This document shows, one piece after another, positions 56,987 to 64,000 of a DNA stretch of 64,000 bases (within the stretch, counting starts at the first letter, position 1; every line of letters begins with the position of its first letter). A model generated the notes under the pieces. The model ran no database searches. It saw only the letters and a program-made list of their open reading frames with translations, and was not told the DNA's origin. The translations under genes and the position numbers were made by a program. This DNA comes from Candidatus Poribacteria bacterium (GTDB taxonomy: Bacteria > Poribacteria > WGA-4E > WGA-3G), in assembly GCA_964291315.2 (NCBI GenBank), contig OZ219753.1, positions 992,001 through 1,056,000 of the forward strand, written 5' to 3'.

Positions 56987-57744
56987 GAAAATTTTTTCAC
57001 GAAAATGGGTACTATTTCGCCAGAGGTGTCTATTCATCCGCAGAAATTGCTGTGATGGAAAATGATTTCGATCGGGTTGTAGAGCAGCTGCTTAAAAGCG
57101 ATGAGAACGTGAATGCGCGGTGGGGTGGCAAATTGATGGATGCCCTTGATGGGGGTGAATCTGTTATCATCCATACGCATAATATTCAGAGTTTTTCTGC
57201 GGTTTGGATGCAGGCGTTCATGCAGGAGAAGTTTCTTGATATTACGGAGTCCATCCTGGGAACCGATATTATTCTTCACCATTCCAAACTCTTCTGTAAG
57301 CCGCCGGAGAAAGGTGCACCTTTCCCGATGCACCAAGATTGGCAGTACTTCCCGTCCCTCAAAGACAGCATGATCGCTGCGATTATTTACGTTTCGGATG
57401 CCAGTGATGAGATGGGGTGTGTGCGTGTGTATCCGGGTTCCCACAAGTTGGGGCGTACCGACGGTATGATGGGAGGCGGTATTAATGCTGAAGTTACAGA
57501 GCGATATCCGCTTGAGAGGGCGACCGCTTTAGAGGCGGAACCGGGCGATGTGCTTTTCTTTAGTTATTTTACCCTGCATGGTTCAATGCCGAACCGTTCG
57601 GATCAGACCCGCAAGAGTGTTCTCGTTCAGATGCATGCGGGTAACGATGAGATTGAACCCGAAAACCGCCATACCAATGTCCGATTGGTTCTCCGTGGTT
57701 GGAATCACCTTGCAACCCGTTCTGCTGTCGGGGGGATGAGATAA
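56974..57744 (+). CDS. phytanoyl-CoA dioxygenase (PhyH) family Fe(II)/2OG enzyme
   Basis: ENGY, HQD, PGSHK, PGDVLFF, LHGS.PN.S...R. Confidence 0.9.
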   Translation: MSDIRKFFHENGYYFARGVYSSAEIAVMENDFDRVVEQLLKSDENVNARWGGKLMDALDGGESVIIHTHNIQSFSAVWMQAFMQEKFLDITESILGTDIILHHSKLFCKPPEKGAPFPMHQDWQYFPSLKDSMIAAIIYVSDASDEMGCVRVYPGSHKLGRTDGMMGGGINAEVTERYPLERATALEAEPGDVLFFSYFTLHGSMPNRSDQTRKSVLVQMHAGNDEIEPENRHTNVRLVLRGWNHLATRSAVGGMR

Positions 57745-57921
57745 TTCTGAAGGGGCTTCTTAACAGCGTCCCATCTTACGGTTTGGGTTGCGTGTTTTTT
57801 TGTACTGTTCTGAAAACAGATGTGAGACGCGCTGTAAAGTGTGTTATATACTCTTATAGCGCTGTTTCTACTTTAGTTGTTGTGAGTATGACTAACAAAT
57901 GTTGCTGAGAAGGAGGATTCG

Positions 57922-58917
57922 ATGATTAAAGTCGCAAAGATTAGCATGGCACATGTTCACGCCGGGGGTTATGCTCGAAAGATTAACGAGAACCCTGAAA
58001 CCGAGCTCGTTGCTGTTTGGGATGAAGAGGAATATGGGGGCAGAGCAGCGGCGGAGGAATACGGAGTTGCATTCTACAGTGACTTGGATGAGGTTCTGAG
58101 TCGTGATGATGTGGATGCGGTTGTTGTTGACGCTATCACGTCCGATCACCCGCGCGTGATGATTGCTGCGGCTGAAGCTGGAAAACATATCTTCACAGAG
58201 AAGGCGCTTGCGATTACTGTTGCGGAGTGTGATCTTATTATTGACGCTGTTGAGAAATCGGGTGTAAAGTTCATGATTTCGCTGCCTTCTCGTTGCAATT
58301 CGGAGATTCTGTTTGCCAAAAAAGCGATTGACGATGGATTGCTCGGGGACATCACGTTCGGCAGGGGGCGGATTGCGCATTCTGCCGCGTTGGATAAATG
58401 GTTCAGCGGCCCAAGTGCCTGGTTCGCTGATAGCGATCGTGCCGGTGGCGGTGCGCTTTTTGACTTGGGATGTCACCGGGTTGATGTTATCCGCTGGCTG
58501 ATGGGTGAACCGCGAAATGCGATAGCCAAGATTAACAATTTCAGTGGTAACTTTCCCATTGATGATAACAGTGTTTCAGTTGTTGAGTTTGCGAATAAGG
58601 CGCTTGGGGTGATTGATGTTGCGTGGACACATCGCTCGGGCCCGAATATGCTTGAGATTTACGGAACAGAAGGTTCGTTTGCTGCGGGGCATGGCGGGAG
58701 ACATTTTGAAACCCGTAAACTTTCTGATGAAGAAAAAGCGGAATATATTGCTAAGGCACCGGCAGCGCCGCCTGAACCGATACAACAGTGGATTAATGCG
58801 ATTCTTCGTGATGAACCGGTAACGATTACTATCCAAGATGGGCGTAATCTCACGGAGTTGATGCAAGCGTTCTATATGTCCTCTGAACAGGGTCGGTCAA
58901 TTGATTTTCCGCTTTAG
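57922..58917 (+). CDS. Gfo/Idh/MocA oxidoreductase
   Basis: AGKHIFTEK, GGGALFDLGCH.VD, EIYGTEG. Confidence 0.9.
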   Translation: MIKVAKISMAHVHAGGYARKINENPETELVAVWDEEEYGGRAAAEEYGVAFYSDLDEVLSRDDVDAVVVDAITSDHPRVMIAAAEAGKHIFTEKALAITVAECDLIIDAVEKSGVKFMISLPSRCNSEILFAKKAIDDGLLGDITFGRGRIAHSAALDKWFSGPSAWFADSDRAGGGALFDLGCHRVDVIRWLMGEPRNAIAKINNFSGNFPIDDNSVSVVEFANKALGVIDVAWTHRSGPNMLEIYGTEGSFAAGHGGRHFETRKLSDEEKAEYIAKAPAAPPEPIQQWINAILRDEPVTITIQDGRNLTELMQAFYMSSEQGRSIDFPL

Positions 58918-58951
58918 CTAACTGTTCACTCGCTAACAATTGAGGTTTATT

Positions 58952-61447
58952 ATGAGGGATTATCAACCGATTTCACTTTCTGCTTTGTGCAATGTCGGCC
59001 CAGAGATTATCGGGGAGAGAGCGACTCCGAATGTGGGGGCACGGACTCTTCACGGACTTCCTTTCGACATCGCTGAAGGGTCGCCCTGTTTCTTGGGTTT
59101 CGGTAAGGATGTTAACGCCGATCCTATCCGGGTTTCTATTAATGCCAGGCCGAGGCGGTTCATATTTGTCCATCGTTTGCTTGAAACGTATATTCCTGAG
59201 GGCGAGCCGATTGGTAGATTAATTGCGAATTATGTTTTCCATTACATTGACGGTGAAACTGTGAGTGTGCCGATTCGCGAGCGTTTCGAGATTGGTAGTG
59301 TTCCACAAGGTTGGGGGCAACAGACCTTTCTTGCTATTCCTGATTGTCAGGAAAATTTATTGCCTCGTTATGAAGGGGCGTGGGGAGCTGCGGGCAACCG
59401 GCAAACTGAGGTGAGCCAGGGCACGCCGCGCGACTACTATCTGTGGGTGTGGAAAAATTTGAGGGATGATGTTGATGTTGCGTCAATTGAAATTCAGCCG
59501 CAGGAGCGGTGTTTTATCGTTGCTGCGATCACGCTGGGTTACCTTGACGAGGATCCGATACCGCGTCGTGCGCGTCGTGAGGTCAAAATCACGCTTCTGC
59601 AGTCCGATGATGCGGGTAAACCTTTTGATATGGAAGTTAGCGTCGATCGTGGCGTTGCAACCTACCCGTATCCGTTGCCGGAGAGCACGTGCGATGCGTT
59701 TATCGAGGATAGTTTCAAAGGGTGGGGTGAATCTCAAAACACTAAGAGCAGCCCAGCGTATGTTGAAGTATCGGCTACCCCGTCTGCCACCGTTGAAGTC
59801 AAGAACCACGGTGAGACGCTCGGCAGCGTCAATTGGGGTACAGTCGAAGAAAAAGGGTCTCTTCAACCGAACAGACGCGTCAAAGTAGAGGTTATTGACT
59901 CCGGTAGAAACTGGGTGCACACTACTGTGATTGATGATGACACGAACAAGCCTGTACCGTGTCGGGTTCATTTTCGTTCTGCACACGGTGTGCCTTATGC
60001 TCCGCATGGGCACCATGCGCACGTCAACTCAAATAATGGCACATGGCATGTGGATGTGGGTGGTGATGTCCGTCTCGGACAGATTAGTTATGCATACATT
60101 GATGGCACATGCCAGGGATGGTTGCCGCGTGGGGACGTTATTGTCGATGTTGCCCGCGGGTTTGAATATACGCCGTTACGGACGACTGTTAACATAAGGC
60201 CTGGTCAACGCGATCTGACGTTGCGCATAAAGCGGTGGTGCGATATGAAAGCGGAACGTTATTTCAGCGGGGATACACATGTCCACTTTCTGTCTACTCA
60301 AGGTGCGCATACGGAGGCGCAAGGCGAGGATCTGGGTGTTGTGAATCTTCTGCTCTCACAGTGGGGGCATCTCTTCACAAATACAGAGGAATTCATTGGA
60401 GGCCCCACGGTTTCTGCTGATGGTCAAAGCATTGTGTATGCGACTCAGGAGAACCGCCAGCATGTTTTGGGGCATCTTACACTGCTGGGTTTAAAGCAGC
60501 AGGTTGCTCCGTGGTGTTCTGATGGTCCTGGGGAGGCGGAGTTGGGTGGGAATATGGAGACCACGCTTTCGCATTGGGCAGATGCTTGTCATGCACAAGG
60601 CGGTACGGTGGTGTTACCGCATATTCCGAACCCGAATTGCGAACCCGCGACGCTCATTGCCACTGGGCGTGTAGATGCTGTTGAGTATCTCACGAATGCT
60701 ATGTATGGACATACTGAGTACTACCGTTATCTCAACTGTGGCTATAAATTGCCGCTTGTTGGTGGAACGGATAAGATGAGCAGCGATGTGCCGGTAGGCG
60801 TTTATCGCACTTATGTGCATATCCCTGACAATGTGGAATTCAATTACGATAATTGGTGCAGATACATGAGTGCTGGCAACACGTTTCTGAGTGGTGGTCC
60901 GATGATCCGTCTCACAGTTGAAGGGCAGCCAATTGGTAGCACTATTAACCTGCCTGGTAACGGTGGCACAGTTGAGGTTGAAGCGTCTGCGGATTCTATT
61001 TTTCCGATCCACACGCTGCAAATTATTCAAGCGGGCGAGGTGGTTGCTTCCACTGGGGATGAGGCGGGCCAAGGGCGTTTACATCTCAAAGCGCGGTTGG
61101 AAGTGGACAAACACTCTTGGATTGCGGCGCGATGCGGTGGTCCGAACTATGCGCAAGCTGTTCCACATCACGATGGATGGGGCCGCGGTATTATTGCGCA
61201 CACTTCCCCGATCTACATCGCTGTTGGGGGCGAGTGGTGGATGTTTGATCCGGAAACGGCGAATTATATGCTGACTTTGATTGAAGGTGGCTTGTCGTAT
61301 ATTCAACAGACAGCGCGCCACTATGAACCTGGCACTGTGACACATCATCATGGGGAAGATGAGCATTTAGAATTCCTTTCGCGTCCATTCCAAGAGGCTC
61401 GTGCGGCGATTCACCGTAGGATGCACCAATTGGGTATTCCGCATTAA
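58952..61447 (+). CDS. CehA/McbA-like metallohydrolase (PHP-type)
   Basis: GDTHVH, GHL, YYRYLNCGYKLP..GGTD, WIAAR, AHTSPIY. Confidence 0.75.
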   Translation: MRDYQPISLSALCNVGPEIIGERATPNVGARTLHGLPFDIAEGSPCFLGFGKDVNADPIRVSINARPRRFIFVHRLLETYIPEGEPIGRLIANYVFHYIDGETVSVPIRERFEIGSVPQGWGQQTFLAIPDCQENLLPRYEGAWGAAGNRQTEVSQGTPRDYYLWVWKNLRDDVDVASIEIQPQERCFIVAAITLGYLDEDPIPRRARREVKITLLQSDDAGKPFDMEVSVDRGVATYPYPLPESTCDAFIEDSFKGWGESQNTKSSPAYVEVSATPSATVEVKNHGETLGSVNWGTVEEKGSLQPNRRVKVEVIDSGRNWVHTTVIDDDTNKPVPCRVHFRSAHGVPYAPHGHHAHVNSNNGTWHVDVGGDVRLGQISYAYIDGTCQGWLPRGDVIVDVARGFEYTPLRTTVNIRPGQRDLTLRIKRWCDMKAERYFSGDTHVHFLSTQGAHTEAQGEDLGVVNLLLSQWGHLFTNTEEFIGGPTVSADGQSIVYATQENRQHVLGHLTLLGLKQQVAPWCSDGPGEAELGGNMETTLSHWADACHAQGGTVVLPHIPNPNCEPATLIATGRVDAVEYLTNAMYGHTEYYRYLNCGYKLPLVGGTDKMSSDVPVGVYRTYVHIPDNVEFNYDNWCRYMSAGNTFLSGGPMIRLTVEGQPIGSTINLPGNGGTVEVEASADSIFPIHTLQIIQAGEVVASTGDEAGQGRLHLKARLEVDKHSWIAARCGGPNYAQAVPHHDGWGRGIIAHTSPIYIAVGGEWWMFDPETANYMLTLIEGGLSYIQQTARHYEPGTVTHHHGEDEHLEFLSRPFQEARAAIHRRMHQLGIPH

Positions 61448-61639
61448 ATGCTACAGATTAAGTTTTATAGTGTTTATCGCTAGGCATGGCAATTATAATC
61501 TCGAAAATGTTATTACAGAGGGATTGGCTGCAAGGGCTTACCTATGTCGCTTCACACCGCCCGGGTTCAAAGGGGCTGTAGATTCGTCCTGCAGCTCAGT
61601 TGGTGTCCGCGCTGTAGGGGACGATGTCGACTTCTTTTT

Positions 61640-64000
61640 TCACACCGCCATCCCCGCCTCACGATACGTTCGTTGAATCAATGCCACCTCCGCATCTGTC
61701 AGCCCATACACCCGATACACCCACCGGTCTATCTCCCGCTCGATGTCGCGCACGTTATCGCTCTCTGGGGCTGCTAGTATCTGTTCAACGAGACATGATA
61801 CTTCTGCTTTCTGTGTATCAGTGCAATCTGCCATAGGAACCTTCTCCATATGTTGCGAAAAGAAAGACAAACCTCCGCCTGCCCACGGGTCGTTGAGACT
61901 CTGAAATTTATGGCGTGCATACCAGTCAAACAGTCTACTATTCAAAATAGCAAAGACAGAAAGATCGTTAATGGGTATGAAGTGTGTTGAGTCTAACCCG
62001 TATGCCCCAGTTGTATCATAAACTGCGTAAAGAGCCTTTGAAATCTTTGAGTACAAAATCTTCGGTTTTTCAAACTCTGCATGGTATGCGACAACGTCTT
62101 GGATCTCATACCACTTATAACTGCCCATTTTCCTCCCATATTTTTCGGCTCTACTTTTTTTCGGCTCCAAGTTTCTTCTATACTGATTCAGATGTTTCTT
62201 GACAGCCGGATACTGGTCAATCTCAACCCCGTGCCGTGTGAAGATGAGATATTGCCCTGTGCTATCCGTCCGCCACTTTCTAAGGTCTCGCCCTCTGAGC
62301 AAAGGCTTTATGAGCTCATTGCTCTTCGGATCCTCGGAGATCAGGCGCTGCCGCACAGCCGCATCGATGATAAATGCCTTGTTATATCCTGTCTTCACTC
62401 CCATATAAAAACCTTCCTTGACATATTCGCCGAGGGGTGTGCCGGTGGTTTCGAGTTTCCGCAGGAGCTGCAGTGTCTCGGGCGATGCCAAGGTCCAGCC
62501 CTCCGCTGATAAATCACGCGGCTGCAGCCGAAACGCCCGCTCCCGAAACGCCGCAGACAGCCGCAGCACATCAGACGCATCCCGAAACGTCGCCACCGAA
62601 AAAGGCGCTCCCTCTGATATAGCATTTTCAAGGATCAGGATACAGGTATCCACACTCGCTTTGAAGACAGCGACACTCCCGAAGTCAAGCAGCCGCTGAA
62701 TGCGTTGGGCATCGGAGAAAAATGCGCGCAGTTTTCTACCATACGCTGCCCGCAAAAACTTGTTTGAGGAGATATACGCCAAGATGCCGTGCCTCCGCAG
62801 CAGCTCCGTGCCGCGCTTGTAAAAATAGACGTAGAGGTCTGCGGTGCCGACATACACCTCTGGGAATAGCCGCTTGTAAGTCGGCTTCATCGCTTTGATA
62901 AGTTCTTGTCGCACATAAGGCGGGTTGCCAATCACAATGTCAAAGCCGCCCGCTTGAAAAACCTCCGGAAACTCCACCTGCCAGACAAACTCATCAGCAC
63001 TCGCTTGCCAGCCTTGAAGATCCGCTCGGAGTGCGGCGATCTCCGCTCGGAGTGCCTGTTTTTTCGCATCGACATGCGTAACGAGATAGTCCGCTTGTTT
63101 CTCTTGTATCTTTTGGATCCACGGCCTGTCAAGCGTCATCTGTTCCGGGGCTGCACCGGTCAGGCTGTCTCCCACCGCCACTTTGTAATCCAAGTTCGGC
63201 AGCGGCTGCGGCACATCGCCTTCATAGTCTACTGTGAGGCTCAGCCAGAGGCGCAACATCGCAATGTTGACAGCGAAGTCGTCTCTGTCCACGCCGTAAA
63301 GGTTCTTCCGGATAATCTCCAGCTTGCGTTCATACACCGTACGAGTATCGGTCTGATCGCTTTGGAACAGAGCATCGCGCAGGCGGAGCAGTTCGCCCAT
63401 CATCCCGAGTAGATACGCACCGCTCCCACACGCAGGATCACACACCCGTAAGTTCTGCAGCACCGCTAACACGCCCTCTGAATCGCGAATGCCCGTGGCA
63501 TCGCCACCGTCTACGAACTGTGTCAGGCACGCCGCGCTCTCCGTTGTCTGCTTCTGCAAGCAGAGCTTCAGGCTCTCCCTGCACATGAAAGAGACAACCG
63601 CACGCGGCGTGTAGTAGCTCCCACTGGCGTGCCGCCCCGTGACCAGTTCCTCAAACACCTTACCCAGCATCTCCGGGTCTACTGCAACCTCTATGTCTAG
63701 CGGCGTCGATTCGGTGATCGTGAAGTTATAACGTTCAAAGAGGTTGAGGATGTCAGCGAAGGTGTCGTTCGGCAGATCCACTGCGTGTTGTTCATCATAC
63801 GGCTGCATCTCGAAGAGTCCACCGTTGAGGAACGGCACATCGCCGCGCCGGGTGCGAGCGGCGGCATCTTCGGATCCGGACTCACCGGCGGGATTGCTGA
63901 GACCGTGGAAGAAGACGTAATAGAGCCGGTCGTTGAGCAAGCTCTCTGTGTGAGGCTCCTTGTGCTTATCAGAGATTACCCCCCCCGCTTCTTGTCGATT
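61640..64000 (-). CDS. type IIG (Eco57I/TaqI-like) restriction-modification protein; 5' end uncertain or outside the window
   Basis: PFLNGGLF, GSYYTPR, DPACGSGA, GNPPYV, TaqI_C-like 'EFEKPKI'; the frame stays open from TTG 63940 to the window edge. Confidence 0.88.
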   Translation of the reverse strand, partial: NRQEAGGVISDKHKEPHTESLLNDRLYYVFFHGLSNPAGESGSEDAAARTRRGDVPFLNGGLFEMQPYDEQHAVDLPNDTFADILNLFERYNFTITESTPLDIEVAVDPEMLGKVFEELVTGRHASGSYYTPRAVVSFMCRESLKLCLQKQTTESAACLTQFVDGGDATGIRDSEGVLAVLQNLRVCDPACGSGAYLLGMMGELLRLRDALFQSDQTDTRTVYERKLEIIRKNLYGVDRDDFAVNIAMLRLWLSLTVDYEGDVPQPLPNLDYKVAVGDSLTGAAPEQMTLDRPWIQKIQEKQADYLVTHVDAKKQALRAEIAALRADLQGWQASADEFVWQVEFPEVFQAGGFDIVIGNPPYVRQELIKAMKPTYKRLFPEVYVGTADLYVYFYKRGTELLRRHGILAYISSNKFLRAAYGRKLRAFFSDAQRIQRLLDFGSVAVFKASVDTCILILENAISEGAPFSVATFRDASDVLRLSAAFRERAFRLQPRDLSAEGWTLASPETLQLLRKLETTGTPLGEYVKEGFYMGVKTGYNKAFIIDAAVRQRLISEDPKSNELIKPLLRGRDLRKWRTDSTGQYLIFTRHGVEIDQYPAVKKHLNQYRRNLEPKKSRAEKYGRKMGSYKWYEIQDVVAYHAEFEKPKILYSKISKALYAVYDTTGAYGLDSTHFIPINDLSVFAILNSRLFDWYARHKFQSLNDPWAGGGLSFFSQHMEKVPMADCTDTQKAEVSCLVEQILAAPESDNVRDIEREIDRWVYRVYGLTDAEVALIQRTYREAGMAV

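Noticed and set aside
63021-63055. TCCGCTCGGAGTGC repeated at 21-bp spacing
   Set aside because: Encodes a heptad (ALRAEIAALRAD) in a helical linker; no evidence of a DNA-level role.

Overview
Chromosomal window from a diderm bacterium. It is most likely Candidatus Poribacteria or a relative, inferred from the recurring C-terminal 'K-L-x-T-x-W-G-x-L-K' tail, the lamin-tail-domain proteins, the PhyH and Gfo/Idh/MocA enzymes and the restriction-modification genes. Main contents: two TonB-dependent receptors, a divergent squalene-hopene-cyclase-like enzyme, a 10-gene type II secretion cluster (gspEFGHIJK-L-M-D, minus strand) with an unusually long secretin, five Sec-exported proteins of three unrelated families sharing one short C-terminal motif, an MTase-HNH fusion, a type IIG RM gene at the right edge, and housekeeping or catabolic genes (gmhA, iolG, larB, alaS with a 1-bp frameshift, recX, coaD, ABC components). 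The two strongest leads are (1) a candidate C-terminal sorting signal ('TWG tail') possibly serviced by the adjacent atypical T2SS, and (2) an unannotated, heavily base-paired ~345-nt RNA at about 8052-8398 (-) between a perfect sigma70 promoter and an intrinsic terminator. I saw no rRNA, tRNA, CRISPR array or transposase. All calls are by eye from motifs; no database searches were run.
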